Shown here piece after piece: positions 13,338 to 26,963 of a stretch of 64,000 nucleotides of DNA; the stretch's first letter is position 1, and every line of letters begins with the position of its first letter. The stretch comes from Rhizodiscina lignyota (taxonomy: Eukaryota): positions 1,302,001 through 1,366,000 of the forward strand of contig ML978125.1 in the NCBI GenBank assembly GCA_010015805.1, read 5' to 3'. The translations under genes and the position numbers were made by a program. A model generated the notes under the pieces. It was not told where the DNA came from, did no database searches, and worked only from the letters and a program-made list of their open reading frames with translations.

Positions 13338-15499
13338 ATGGCTTATACGCTTCCGACATCCGGTCCAAGAGCACAGGATGGACCCAAGCCCCAGTGGGTC
13401 CTCTCTCGCGGAAATGGAATCTTCACTCCACTAGTCCCTGTCGACGAGTTGCCCTCGTACGTCCAGCTCCAAGGAGCTCCGCGCGTGATTACCCTTCATC
13501 AGGCAAATGGAATGACACTCCTTGGAGAGCAGAAGCATACTAGCTTCTACGTTGCTGTTCCTGAGCATCAGCTCCCTATTCGACCGGCAGTATCGTGGTG
13601 CACATCTACGACCTATGGCTCATCTCCAGAATCCGTCAGCGGACATACGTTCCAGGCCCCTGGTGCACGCATTAGACAAGCATTGCACCAAAAAAGCTCT
13701 ATAATGTCAAGAGATATTCAACAACAGCACCAACAATCGAGCGACAGATCCCTTGATGTTGACGCCCGCAGGGCAGCCAGCGCGACACAATCAACGAACA
13801 GCAACGCTCTCGTGCATCATGACTCTACAGTTTGTAGCCTTCTGCGAACGATATACGTAGCTATGAAACTAACAGTCGGCAGAAGCCCTTTGTCGAAAGA
13901 ATCGCCTCCTGCAATGCCCCCCAGGTGGCCCAAGTCGGCAATCTTCCATACAACCAGCGTCCCCTTCCTCCGTCAGGTTTGGAGCCTGATGCCGCGAAGA
14001 AGGAGTACTGTACGCATTGGATCAGGACTGGCGAATGTGACTATATGCAACAGGGCTGTCTCTTCAAGCATGAAATTCCTAAGAGGAAGAAGCTGGAGGA
14101 GCTCGGTTTCCGAGATGTTCCAAAATGGTGGCGAGACCATCAAGCTGTGAAGCTCAAGAGAAGTGATTTGGTGCTGACTGAAGCACAAGAGAAAAATAAA
14201 TCCATATGCGCAGGGATGAAATCACAGCAACCTGGGGCTGATGACAGTGATTCGGAAGAGGAAGAGCTGCTTAAGACTGAGCACTCGCTCAAACCTCTAT
14301 TCAGCGCTGTACCTCTTCCTGTCATTCGCCCACGTACTTCAATTCCGCCAATAACAGTGAGGAAAGATAGCCCGACCTCATCAGACAATTCGCTCATCGA
14401 TCTGGACACTCCAGCTATGTCGCGTTCGAGCTCGCCAACTACGGTTATTGCTGGCCTCAGTGGAATGGCGTCGTCCAATGCAAGGAACAGGAGGACCTCG
14501 GCTACGTTTCGAAATAGCATCTTCATACCAGCTGGCGAAGCCTCATCTTCGTCTCTTTCAGAACTAAAGAAGCCTTGTCGAGACCACCGAAAGATCATTT
14601 CTTTACCGCCAACGAAGAGCAAGGGGTTGGATATTCGCAAAGACGCCGATGGCTTCGTCCACTATTTTCCCAGAACAGAAGACATTGCCGTGCCTTCCCG
14701 TACGACGAGTCCTCATCCCATTGAAGACAAGCTGACCCTGCAGGAATTGCAGCCTTCTCGCCACGAAGTGTCTGGGCCGCTGAAGGTTTATACTGGAATG
14801 AATCCGTACCTCCACGAAAAGCTCCAGGAGGAGAGTGGCTGGGAGCAGAAACAGAAGCACGAAGCTTCTCGTAACTCCAGAGTCGCTGAAACTCAACGCG
14901 ATCACGAACCTATAGGCCAGGGCATGGTCTCTGCAGTGACGCGTACATCACCGAGCATTCGTCGAGATCATCACTGTGCCGGAAACGAGAGAGGTAGAGT
15001 GACTCTGGCAGATGTGTCACCTGAGTTGGACTGTATCAGAAGCACAGTGGCATCAACTGCTGTCGCTCCAACTCCAAACAATAGCCCGACGGGTTCCATA
15101 TCTGGACTTGCAGCTTCAAAATACGCCACTTCTGCGAAGACCGACACTATCCCGACTGGGCCCAGCCAATCTGGAGGACGTCACACGAAGAGACAGTCAC
15201 TTGCACCAGCCAAGATTGAAACTCTGGCTCGAAATCATAAGGAAAAGCATGATACTCTGCGGCGCACTGAAAAACGTGGCAAGAATGACAGACACTTGTC
15301 AATGGCGAAGCAAAATGGGCTGAGGGTTGAAAAGGAGAGGGCAGAAAAGGCAGAGAATGAGGTGAGGGCATTGAAGGCGAAGCTCGCGATGAACAAAATG
15401 GAGAGGAGAAATGCGATAAGCGAGAAGAGTGACTGTGGTGATGTGGCGAATATAGACGTAGGCGAGGCTGCTGGTACTGGAGACTTCCTGAACACTTGA
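13338..15499 (+). CDS. CCCH zinc-finger protein (C-x8-C-x5-C-x3-H type), 2 exons
   Basis: KKEYCTHWIRTGECDYMQQGCLFKHEIP; N-terminal motif FTPLVPVDELP; probable intron at about 13831-13881; coiled-coil C-terminus. Confidence 0.8.
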
Positions 15500-16238
15500 A
15501 TTCTGTGGCGGAAATTTTGGGGGTTTCATTTTTTTTATTGGGTTTATTTATGTGCAAAGAAAGGGGGAGTGTATTTATGCTAAGGCTGGTTCCTATTAGA
15601 AAGGCGTTTAACTGGAGACGGTCAGGGTAGGATATGTGTGGCATTTTCAATATTTCATTTCTCAATACCTCATAAACATTGTTAAACATTATATATATGC
15701 TATAAATTTCTAAATATCAGTAAACTGTCAACACTCACGAATAAAGTCCTGCTCTTGTACAGCGCGGTATTAGTCTCGAACTGGGAACTCATGTCTGGAT
15801 ATCATGTGTGCAAGGCGAACTGGTCGATGACTGAACTTTCTTGTTGTTTGAGGGAACTGGTCATTCATGGGCTTATAGTCAAGGGACTAGATGTTCGTGT
15901 GTAAGAACTGATCGCTTGATTTAAATCCGGTGCGAAATTAACATGAATTGAGTTGTGAGCTGTGCTGTGCACATAATGGTGGGGTAGCTTCTCGATAAGA
16001 TAAGATGAAATTGGCGTGGGTGTGCACAAGCCATGCCATTCCTGATCCCGCGCTGCGGCGCTAGTCGTTTTTAGGATACAAGTGATCGGACGCGTCTTGA
16101 CGCGCCCTCGTTGTCCACTTTACAACAATTCATCATTCATGACAATCAGTTTGACAATGAACTTGTTGAATTGAGCTGCGTGTATGAACCGTTTTCTAGG
16201 CATTGTTCGCACATTACTATATTAAATCTATTAGCGAC

Positions 16239-19200
16239 ATGTCAACTCCCTCTACTCCATCGCGCGCCGGTAGCGCGTCTCGCGTCTCATCTCCAGCTCA
16301 TGACCGCAAGGAATCGCCAATCGAACTCACGCCACGAAGTAAAATCAGGGCCATTCTTGCGAGAGTCGACGAAGACTCCGATGATGATCCAATGCCCATT
16401 ACACATCTACCTGCCGACGATGAAGCTACACGACCTGCAAAACAAGCCCCAACATCTGTGAGATTTGACGCGCAAAAGGACTTGATCGACGACGATTCAG
16501 AAGATTCAGAAGACGACATCCCTGTGAGAGCAAGAGGTGGATTGGCCGGAAGAATGACGGCGTCTACAATAACTAAGAGCAGAACTGCGGATAAAGGAGA
16601 AGATTCTGCACAGAGCGCGTATGCGCGTATCAAGAAGCAATTGCTTGGCTCGATGGAATCGGAGGGCACCGAACAAACGGCGAAGCCTCAAGTTGCAAAT
16701 GCTGACCCTTCTGACGCATCTGATGACGAGAGCCATGCGCCTCAGCCGAGGATTGGACGTCGAAAGCTCCTGCATAGACGACGCGCAGACTCCCCCTCAT
16801 CACCTCGGCCTAATAGATCCGCCCGATCTTCTCCAGGTTTATTCGTCTCGCCTGCTAAGAGCACCACAGGAGCAGAAAAGAGAACGCGTGACGATACCGA
16901 TTCGGATTCAGGGTCTGACTCTCTACCCGACGATCCTCTACGAGACGAGAAAATACTTGCATCAGTTGCGAAAAAGAGAGCTGAACGACAAGCTGCGGAA
17001 AAGGCTGCCAAAGCACGCAAACAAGCATCCTCCGATCCAATCTCGGTCGCTGAATCAGACAGCAATGATGAAGACGCTGCAGATGTTCGAGCGAAGTTCA
17101 CCCAAGAATCCAGACCAACAAGGAAGGCAAGCAAGAAGGCATTGTTGGAAATGCAAAGGGAAACACAACGTATGAGCAGGAATATGCAGCTTGAACATCA
17201 AGAAAAGACAAGAAAGAGATACTCTACAAAAGATCTGTTCCAGAAGTTCAACTTCCGCAAGAATATAGCAACTGCGGAGCAGCAGGAGAAGCCAAGGCAA
17301 GACAATGCTCAGACGGACAATGACGACACCTCCGCTCTCGAAGGGGGTTTGGGCTTAGGAGCATCATCGGAGGCCGAAGGGATAGTCAATGGTGAGGCCG
17401 AAACGCCGCCGACAAGCCCTCCCGCAGATTATGGCGAGTTGCTAAGAAAATCATCATCTTTAGCAACAGAGCAGACTAGGCCTCAGGCCAGTTTCACTGA
17501 TGACGAAGATAATGATTTGCCTGACATGGCCAAACTGCTATCGGAACCAGTGAAGAAGGTGAACAAGGGCAAGGGACGCGCAATTGAGCCAGACCCCGCA
17601 AGAATACCGCAATCGCTTCCAAGGACATTCAAGATTAACTTATCGGGGATCCAGGAGGGCGCTGATGTCGAGTTAGACTCGGACGACGACATGGACGACG
17701 CTGCCAGACCCAAGACTAAGAGCCGACTCCCCGTGTTTGACAAGCTCCCGGCCCAAAAAGCGAAAGAATCACATTCGCTGCTCGTCCAGCGTGCATTGGC
17801 CCATTTGACTTCTCCTGGCAGAGCGCCCACTGGCAAACGAAATGGAAAGCCTACGATGACAACGGCGCAAATGCAAGCTCATCTTCTACAGAGAGCACGT
17901 CAACAAGCCCTGCAGGAGAAGCAGAATCGTATCGAGCAGCTGCGAGCAAGAGGTGTTGTTGTACTCACAGAGGAAGAGAGGGAGCAGGAGCAAATGCAGT
18001 TGGAGAATATGCTCGAGAAAGCACGCGAGGAGGCGAGGCTACTGGCCAAGAAAGAAAAGAAAGCAAGGGAGAATGGAGAAGAATATCGAGGCGAAGGCGA
18101 TATTGACATGCTGAGCAGTGAGGAAGATGGAGAATGGGAAGGCGACGAGGATGGCGATGCGGATGAAAGCGGTGGAGAGGAAGATGAGCCAGAGGGGTTG
18201 GAACTCTCGGGCTCAGAGGAGGATGAAGAGGAAGAGGGGGAAGAAGAGGGTCGGGCTCCCAACCCTCTTTTTGATGACCAGGCCGATGAGGACGAGGGCG
18301 AGGACGAGGAAGACATTGTGGATGCGAAGCCAACTGGCGCCCATGAGGAGAATTCAGATGGCGATACATCGGTTCACGACGCAGTGCATCGCCAGGCATC
18401 ACGGCCTAAACCGCGTCACCGCCAAATCATTGACGACGACGATGACGATGAGAGCCAGACACCTTCTAAGCAACACGCAACTGCGCAGCCTAGTCAGAAT
18501 GACGAGATGGCCGCCTTTGGATTCGCAAAAATGGATACATCACCTGTGACCTTCACGCAAATGTTTGCTGGAAGCATGGCAGACCTTGACTCGCAGACGC
18601 AAGCAGACACATGGGATACCCAAGCCGAAAGAAATGCTGCTATGAACACCGAGTACGATTCTTTGGCATTCTTGAAGCAGCTGCCGCCTGCAACATTGCC
18701 TGATTTTCAAGCTGAGATGCCAGCAACTCAAATCGAAGATAGTCAGACCCAGGCTTCGGCTACACAGGATGCAGACACGCCGCTAATCAAGCTTGGTTTG
18801 TCGCAATTTGAATCACAGCAACAGTCCACCCTCTCTCCCTCACGGTTCTCTGAGATGCCGGATCCTACTCAAGATGCTGGCTTCGCAATGTCTCAGACAA
18901 TGCCTCAAGCTCCTCATTCGACAGTGGAGACGGTAGTGATCCCAGTCCCTGAAACTCCGGTTGCTGAGAAAAGGCGAGCCCGGCTACATCAGCGTAGGCG
19001 AGAGGCTACAGTTATGTCGGACCCTGATGAAGAGGAATGGGCATTCTCTGATGCCAATGGAAGAACGGAGGAACATCCAGTTGTGGAAGACCCTGTTCAG
19101 GCCCAAATGGATGCCTTTACCATGCTGCGCAAAGCTGCGAAGAAGAAGGCGAAAAAGGATGCCTTTGACAAGAAGAAAAGTGAAGCAAAAGGTATGGTCG

Positions 19201-20513
19201 ATGAACAAGCCGAGGAATCCGAGGACGAATATGCTGGCCTGGGAGGTGCGAGTGATGATGAAAGCACTGGTGAAGTCGACGAAGAGGTGCAGAAAATGAT
19301 GGATGACAGCCATGTGGAAGTGGACGAGAGGAAAATAGCTGCATTCTACGCGTATGTCGAACCATGAGCCGTTGATGATCGATACTAACACAACTAATTA
19401 CAGCGACAAAGCCAAGGTAGACAATGAGAAGGCTGTCAACAAGCTGTTCAACGATCTCACTACGGGAGCTCTTCGCCGAAGACACGGGGACGGTCTTGAC
19501 TTATCTGATAATGATGATGACGACCTTGCGGAAAGACGTAGACGGAAACAGAGAGAATTTGCGCGAAGAACGAAAGCGCTGCTTGAAGACGAGAAAATTG
19601 GAAAGATCGGTGAGTCTCTTTTCTGCCAGTAATAATCCGACACAAGGACTGACATGTTGAAGCCGAGAATCCGAAGAAACAAGCCTTCTTCCATGCTCTC
19701 GAGGATCGCGACTATGACGAAGACGTTGACTTCCTTGACGCACCTCCTGATCAAGCCTCGAATACTATTACCGACTCCCAGACAGATCCGCCTGCACCTG
19801 AAGCTACTCAGGACGTGACAATGGCTGGCGCTTTGGAGCCAGCGGCCATTCCATCTACCAACCCGCAGAAGCGCAAGGCTTCTGAGATGACTGGATCGAT
19901 GGCACATCGCCGTTCGGATCCTTCCAAGCGCGCTCGCAATTTGTCCGAGGTCCAAGAATCACTGTCCTTCCTTATTGACGAGCCAGAGTCTATTCCAGAC
20001 TCTCAGCTCTCAGATCAAGATTCAGAAGGCGAACACGATCAGATGCGGCCGCCTCCTCTTCGCCGCGATAGCCCCAGTTCGCGGCCAGTCGTGAACCGAT
20101 TGTCGCTTGCTTCGTTGACGGACTCTGCTCTCAACTCGGCCTCAAATAACGGTAATGCTCACACCAATGGCGTCAATATGGCTTTCCAGACGTCTGAAAA
20201 CGCAGCGCCAATATTCAAGGTCCCCACGCTTCTCCGACGTGCTACGAATCTTTCCACAACATCATCAACAACATCTACATCTAACAGTGGAAGGACAACC
20301 CCAACTGGCGTCGAGATTGCAGGCGTGAAGAGAGGGGGAAGCAAGAAGAGCAATATCCACTACCAGGCTCGGGAGGCAGAGAGACGGAAACTTGTAGAAG
20401 AAGCCGAAAGAAGGAGGAAGGAAGGGATGAGGAAGAAGATTACAGGACGAGGCCTAAGTGGGAGTGTATTGGGAAGACTGGCTGCAGGTAAAGGAAGCGG
20501 CGGTTTTGAATAG
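16239..20513 (+). CDS. MRC1: DNA replication checkpoint mediator Mrc1, 3 exons
   Basis: Acidic low-complexity protein with many SQ/TQ sites. Motifs RPTRKASKKAL, EQAEESEDEYAGLGGASDDE, LFNDLTTGALRRR and NPKKQAFF. Introns near 19352-19403 and 19610-19662. Confidence 0.9.
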
Positions 20514-20558
20514 ATCTTTGTGTATTCGAACGTTTGTTAACCTGCGTTGCTTCCGGAT

Positions 20559-21635
20559 TTACATCATCATTCTGAGCTTTAACAGATCCTTAGTCACGAT
20601 ATCATCCTTACGCCTGGTCAACTCTTCCAAGTCCCATCGTGCATCTATATAACGTCCAGAAAGCCATTCTCTTTTCTCTTTCGATAGCCAAACACAAAGA
20701 CCTCCACCGAGACCAATGTCGTCAATTGCAACTGTCGTTCGGTTGGTCAATACTGCTCTCGGAAGAAGTCAGTAGAACTTACTTTTCTCCCATCCTCTTC
20801 CTTTCGGCAACTCTTTTCCCATGTCTATCAAATATTAGTGTAAATTTCCCTTAATCTACTCCTTCAGGCATTCAAATTGGGGAGACGAACCAGTCATGAC
20901 GGTTCCTGGCTGTATCGCAAACGCGCAAACACCCTTCTCCTTATGTCCTTCGTGGACGTATTCTGTCATTCGTGCTGCTGCATATTTAGAGAGCGAGTAA
21001 CCCATTGCCATGAGTTTCGGATCGTAGTTGTGGAGCGAGGAAGATGTGACGACTATGACGGACTGAGGCGACTGCCACCCATCTCCTCCTTCGGCATTCG
21101 TTCCGGCAGCTTCTACCAAAGGTACAAGATACTTCAGCGCTCCAACGACGGCGAAAAGATTCACCTCGAATGTCTTCCTGAAGTCCGCCAGGTCTAACTG
21201 CTGCACGGTTTTGGGCCAATCCTCTGTTCCATCTGGGTTCTTCAACGGCGTCGTCGTAACACCCGCGTTCACCACTAGTGCATCAATTCGACCAAAATGC
21301 TGCTTCACTTCGTCTGCTAGCCTTTGCAGGTCTGCATCAGAACACACGTCACACTGTACACCACGCACGTCAACACCAGGGCAAGTTGCGGCATCGCGCA
21401 CATCAGCCACCGCGGCGCTGAGTGTGTCTTGCTGGCGGCCAGTGAGCACGATGCCAGAGGCACCAGCTCGAGCGTATGAAATGCCTGTGACTCGCCCGAT
21501 TCCTCGACTGGAACCAATGATAACAGCAACGAAAGGCTTGTGGAGAGTGGTATTGGATGGATCAGTTTGCTCGGAGACGGTGTGGTGGACTGGCGGGCAC
21601 CAATACGTAGTTGGATTACGGATTGCAGTAGACAT
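20559..21635 (-). CDS. Short-chain dehydrogenase/reductase, 3 exons
   Basis: GSSRGIG Rossmann motif, IDALVVNAG, catalytic YSLSK, AIQPG, and C-terminal WLSGRYIDARWD. Confidence 0.9.
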
Positions 21636-22151
21636 GATAAAAATTGTGAGCAGTGTGAGGTCTTGCGAATAGATAACGAGTAGATTATGTACACGGACGT
21701 TCCAAAGTACCTCGGGAAAGGGATTCCTGGATTTCCTGCCTGACACAGGTTACGTCTGTAACATTTACTTGAGATTTTGGACACCTCCCGCTAGGCTTTG
21801 CCCTGGCTAACTATGTATCACCGCCATGAACTCAGACGAGACCAGGGACTTGCATAGACTCAAAGGTCGCTTGAAGACAGACTATTTCGTGGGACTATTA
21901 TGCCAGAAAAGGAATAGCGCGAATCGGAGTTATTATTTCACTGGCCACCTTCTCCTGACTTTACTTCCCTCTAAGGAAGACAGAGATAGCTGCATAAAAG
22001 AAGTACTCCTTCAAGTCGTTAAATGTTTCAGAACATATCCCTGATTTAATTAATCAAATGCATCACAATTGCTCCAGACAAATTAAATTCACTTTATCAC
22101 CGCTTTCAGTACTTTGTTCTACACACAGTCTAATCTTGGAGAAGGGTGGCT

Positions 22152-23201
22152 CTACTTTCGATTCAGTCCTCTCAATCTGTGCTCAAAGTCCTCCTTTGGA
22201 ATATCCTGCACCTTCTCTGTTTGTTTCAGCTTGACTCCCGACCTCTCCTCCCAGCCAACGAGCGCCTTTGTATGGTCCGCACTCGGTTCAACCCTGTCAA
22301 GTGAGTATTGCAGGTACCTCTTGACCAGGCCGGGCAACTCAGTCTCGAACTTGTTCTGCTCCATGAATTCTTCCGTGATACCGAGATCCTTGACCAACAA
22401 CGCCAAGCCAAAGCCACTGTTGTAGTTCCTCGTTAAGCCGTCACGCCTGAACGTATCGAGCGTGGGGAAGCATACGCCAGTACCAACGTTTAACACGTCG
22501 ATCATGGTCTGCGGATCCAGTCCAAATTTCTGGCCCATCACTAGACTATCGCTCAGCGCACAGATCGAGGACGCCATGATGTAGTTATTCAGGGTTTTCA
22601 TGGCATGGCCTGCGCCGAGAGGACCCATATGGAATACATAACCAGCCATAGTGTGGATGATAGGCTTAACGATCTCGAACGCTTCTGTGGAGTCTGAGCC
22701 GACTATGAGCGTAGACTCCCCGGCATCGGTGGCGTGCATATATGTTTGCGTGATGGGGCTGTCGATGAGCTGGAGATTGTGAGCAGCTAGTTCTTTTCCT
22801 AGCGCTACCGTGTCGTAAGGTGACGATGAAGAAGTATCGACGATAATTGTGCCTATCATCTATCAACAACTCGGGCCGCAGTTTCATTCGAAGAACAGAA
22901 GAGACGGACCAGCTTTCAAGTGCGGTGCAATCCCATCCTTTCCCAGCAACACTTCTCTTACGATTTTCCCTTGTGGGAGCATAGTAATAATGACTTCACA
23001 ATCAGAAAAAGCCTTTGGATCTCCATTTGAGGCCGTGGTGTTCTTCCATTCGGACACTGCGCGCTGGACTTTCGCCTTGTCAATATCGTGGACTACTAAA
23101 TTGTATCCTGCCTTTGGGAGATTTGAAGCCATTGAAAGGCCCGCATTACCGAGTCCCAAGTAGCCAACATTCTTGACGGACTGAACTCCGTTGGCGGCCA
23201 T
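22152..23201 (-). CDS. Beta-hydroxyacid dehydrogenase family (3-hydroxyisobutyrate/6PGD-like), 2 exons
   Basis: Motifs VGYLGLGNAG, ITMLPQG, IVDTSSSSP, GAGHAMKTLNN, GLDP and LLVKD. One intron at about 22855-22908. Confidence 0.9.
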
Positions 23202-24090
23202 ATTGCTGCTCTGCGGCTTGGCTTGGATTGGATCAATTTCTAATGAAATATGATATAAGAAGAAAACCAATGATTGGAAAGAGTTGACAATCAACAAAAT
23301 TTGGATCACGAATTTCACATCAAATAATATCTCTACAAGAATACGTCTTACATGTCCGAATATCATGACGTGCGGTCTCGGAATACTCTCGTTGCCCTTC
23401 TGAGGGGAAACCGAGGAGTTGCCGTGATCCCCATTAGACCGATTCTACTACAACATGAAATGCAGGTACGTGGTGAGTATTACGGGCAATTCTGTTGTGG
23501 TAAAGCAGATCGCCGTCGTTCTCGTAAAAAAAGTACCCTGGCATATGAGAAGGGGTCATATCCTTGGGAATAAAGGTGAAGCACGTCGTTATTTACATAT
23601 GAGCTGAAAAATATGGCAAGGACAAGTGTGTAGTAGTAAATATGGACGCGATTTCGCATTTCGGAGGCGTCAGCCACGCATCCCAAGTTCTTGGCGCCAT
23701 CCCAGCCATCTTTTGCGTCCTCACTCCCCCAGACCATTTCCATCTTGCAACACCGTCCAGCTTATGTCCTTTGATGATACTACTAATGGAAGAACCCCAC
23801 ATGCTTCCGGGGAACAAGATCTGATGTACTCTACCACCCCACATTACCGCGAACACAGTTGCCGAAAGAGCCGTGTCAAGGTGTCCACGAAGTTGCCGAT
23901 TCGTACAAGGTACCGCCCATCAGCTAGGAGAGCCTCCTACTTTCGGAAGTGTGGGGTAATTCAATGTTTCGTTTATGAATGTGTTTGAAAGTTCAATGGA
24001 CGTTGTCATTCCTTCTCCCAAGTACCTAACCAAGCAGGATATTCTCGATACGCAAACATCCACTTCTCCTATTAACTTGTATCTTGGTCA

Positions 24091-25173
24091 ATGACAAATC
24101 AATCAGTACGAAAAGTGGCCTACGTGGGCCTTGGTTCCGCTGGATATCCACTGGCATCAACTTTAGCCAGACATGGCACATACGAGCTTGTTGTTCAAGA
24201 TGCTGATCCGCAACGAGCCAAGGAGTTTGTTCGCGAGCATAGCAATGCCACGGCAGCCACAAGTCCACAGGATTTTAGCGATGTTGATGTAGTTGTCACG
24301 ATGTTACCAAATGGCCAAATTGTGCGCGAGGTGTTATTCGGCGGCGATGGGTCCCAAGGCATAGCAAAGTCTTTGAAAGACGGTGCCGTAATTATCGACA
24401 CGTCTTCTTCTTCTCCACAACATACAAGAGAGACAGGGAAACTGCTACAGGATCTCAATTCGACTCTCGCCCTCGTGGACTCGCCAGTGACGCAAGAGTA
24501 CGCGTTTGCTCTCGCGAAAGGAGACGCCACGTTCATGGTGGGCTGTTCAAATGACGAAGCTCTTGAAAAGGCCATGCCCATACTAAAAGTAATGGGCAAG
24601 TACATTTTCGTCATGGGAGATCTAGGCGCAGGCCACGTGACGAAGACACTCAACAACTACACCAGCGCTGGGAGCATTCTGGCGCTTTGCGACGCGCTTA
24701 TCGCTGGCCAGCAGTGCGGACTAGATCCGGCGAAAATGATTGATGTGATGAACGTGGGAACCGGCGTGAATTTCAGCACAAAAGAGGGCTTCCGAACCGA
24801 TGCTCTAACACGTCGTTTCAAGTCTGGCTACCAGCTTGCGCTCCTCGTGAAGGACATGAGAATCGCAAAGGAAGTTATCGAGTCCACTGGTCTTCAGTCT
24901 CCTCTTGCCGATCTCATTGTCGAGTTGCTTTCAGATGCGAGCGAGGTTGCAGGAGAGGGCGCGGACCACACCTCTTGCATCCTGGGTTGGGAGAAGAAGG
25001 CTGGCATCCAACTGAAGCAGAGCCATTCCAGTGGGGCCGGGGTGGAGAATGGTGCCATATCGAAAGAAGACAATGACCCATTGGTTCTTGAGATTGACAA
25101 GCTCCTCGATCACCACGAATATTCTAAAAATGCCATCAGAATGGCAATTGCAACTCTCGAACGTCGTTTGTAA
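24091..25173 (+). CDS. Beta-hydroxyacid dehydrogenase family; paralog of the divergent neighbour
   Basis: Intronless 360-aa ORF with VAYVGLGSAG, VTMLPNG, IIDTSSSSP, GAGHVTKTLNN and LLVKD. Confidence 0.9.
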   Translation: MTNQSVRKVAYVGLGSAGYPLASTLARHGTYELVVQDADPQRAKEFVREHSNATAATSPQDFSDVDVVVTMLPNGQIVREVLFGGDGSQGIAKSLKDGAVIIDTSSSSPQHTRETGKLLQDLNSTLALVDSPVTQEYAFALAKGDATFMVGCSNDEALEKAMPILKVMGKYIFVMGDLGAGHVTKTLNNYTSAGSILALCDALIAGQQCGLDPAKMIDVMNVGTGVNFSTKEGFRTDALTRRFKSGYQLALLVKDMRIAKEVIESTGLQSPLADLIVELLSDASEVAGEGADHTSCILGWEKKAGIQLKQSHSSGAGVENGAISKEDNDPLVLEIDKLLDHHEYSKNAIRMAIATLERRL

Positions 25174-25630
25174 CTACAACCTCAACAGCCCAACTCGGAT
25201 TTTGTTTGGTTGTCAGCTATGCTTGAGTTTGAGTCGGACTGGGATATTCTCGATGCCATTCTTGTCATCGCGGTTCCTGTGTGATATTTTCTTTGTTAAC
25301 GGCGATAGTACAGGCTGTTGAAGCCGATTTGTACGCCCTTATATTCTCATAGATAAATGCATTGTAGTAAGTTCACAAAGGTTTCCTGCACGAGCGCTAA
25401 TCCTTCACATGTTAGCCGTCCTTTCGTGTTAGAGTTGCCCAGGTACGGCTGGCGCTTATCCACATGTTGTGACGTTTATCAAGTCCAGTGTTTATATTGT
25501 GTGTACAAGTTGGGCTATATATTCTTGACAAATCCACCACTTCTCTACTCCACTCTCCCGTCACTGGCAGTTTCCTACCACCTTCAGCCCTTCCACTTTG
25601 TCGCCACTTGAGAGCAACAGCCTTCCAATT

Positions 25631-26522
25631 ATGTCTCCCCGTCGAGCAAAAATCAATGCACATGCCGGGGTGCAGGAATTTCCTGCGAGCGGAGGCCAGC
25701 GTACAAAGCCTACCTATACTGCTAGGGAGCTCCGACCCTATCGCCGCTTTCCAAAGCTCTACTACGAGCGCAAGAATGCAAGGAACTTCGTAAGAAAGCT
25801 TATTGTGTCGTTTGCTTTCCACCGTATCTAACAAGTAGTAGCCTGAGAAACCCTTCCGCCTCCTCGACCTACCTCGAGAGCTCCGTGACATGATTTACGG
25901 CTTCATGCTCATCATCGACGATCCGATCGACCTCTGCCCACTGGGTTCTTCATACGGGAACGCCGGTCTACTGCGTATGAATGCTATCCGCAACTACAAG
26001 CGAAATATCCACCCTAAACTTGGTATACTCCGCGCAAGCAAGCAGCTGAACGACGAAACGACCCTCATCTTCTATGGAGAGAACGAATTTTGCTTCACTG
26101 GCAAGGACGACTGGATGATGCTGTACGCGTTCTTGGAGACCATTGGCAGGCGAAATGTGTCCTGCATCAAGCACTTGGCTGTCAAGTTCCCTCAGCTTCA
26201 TATATCGCATCCTGGTGAAGGTCTCAACCGCGTTTCACGCACTTGGGACTATCTCATAAAACACATGGGTTTGAAGGTCGCCAAAAGGACTTTGCATGAG
26301 AGTCATCACCTCCATGACACTGCTGTTCTAGGAGTGTGCCAGATTCTCAGGCGGGATACAAACCTGCGGAGCCTGCGACTGATTGCCGTGATGATACGAC
26401 GTCCAATCGACTACAATGACGAGGGTTACGGTGGGATGCGACTTCGAAATATGGAAGAGATTGGTCGTCTTCCCATCGGGCAGTGGGCCAAGGATCTCGG
26501 ATGGAGTATTGTTGTTGAGTAG
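25631..26522 (+). CDS. F-box-like-motif hypothetical protein, 2 exons
   Basis: After an intron at about 25790-25841 it reads PFRLLDLPRELRDMIY, then ILRASKQLNDETTLIFYGENEFCF and FLETIG. This pattern is typical of fungal F-box-like (LPxEIRxxIY) proteins. Confidence 0.7.
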
Positions 26523-26963
26523 CAGGACGAGCATGGTAGGTATCCAGTCGAACCTCCTGCCCACTGCTTCCGAGGATGCTGAAGGGGGAGATGATTGAGG
26601 CAAGAGTGACTATGGTTGAGAAGAAAAAGGATGTTGAGGGCGAAGCTGAGTGAGCAGGATGGAGTATGACTATAGCATCGTCGAACCAGAACCCAATGGA
26701 TATAGATATCTGTTCGGAAATGCTAGAGCTCTCCTTTCATGGCCAAGTTTAATAGAAAGATGCTTATTCCCTATTATTTTAAGCCTTATGAGTCCCTTAA
26801 ATGGAAAATGGTAATGTTGATCGATGCAATGCGGGACGAAGGAAAGCTGATATTTATGTAAACCGCGGAAAAGCCCTAACCCTAGAGATTGCGATCCCGA
26901 GCTTCCAGAAAAAATCAGTAGCTCACGGAGCTCTGCTTTAAGGAGAACTCGAGCGATTGAGCA

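Noticed and set aside
17900..18402. Ser/Pro-rich antisense ORFs within MRC1, and similar shadows elsewhere
   Set aside because: These are reverse-frame artefacts of Glu/Asp-rich coding sequence.
26874..26885. CCCTAACCCTAG telomere-like motif upstream of DIA4
   Set aside because: Fewer than two full units; not a telomeric array.
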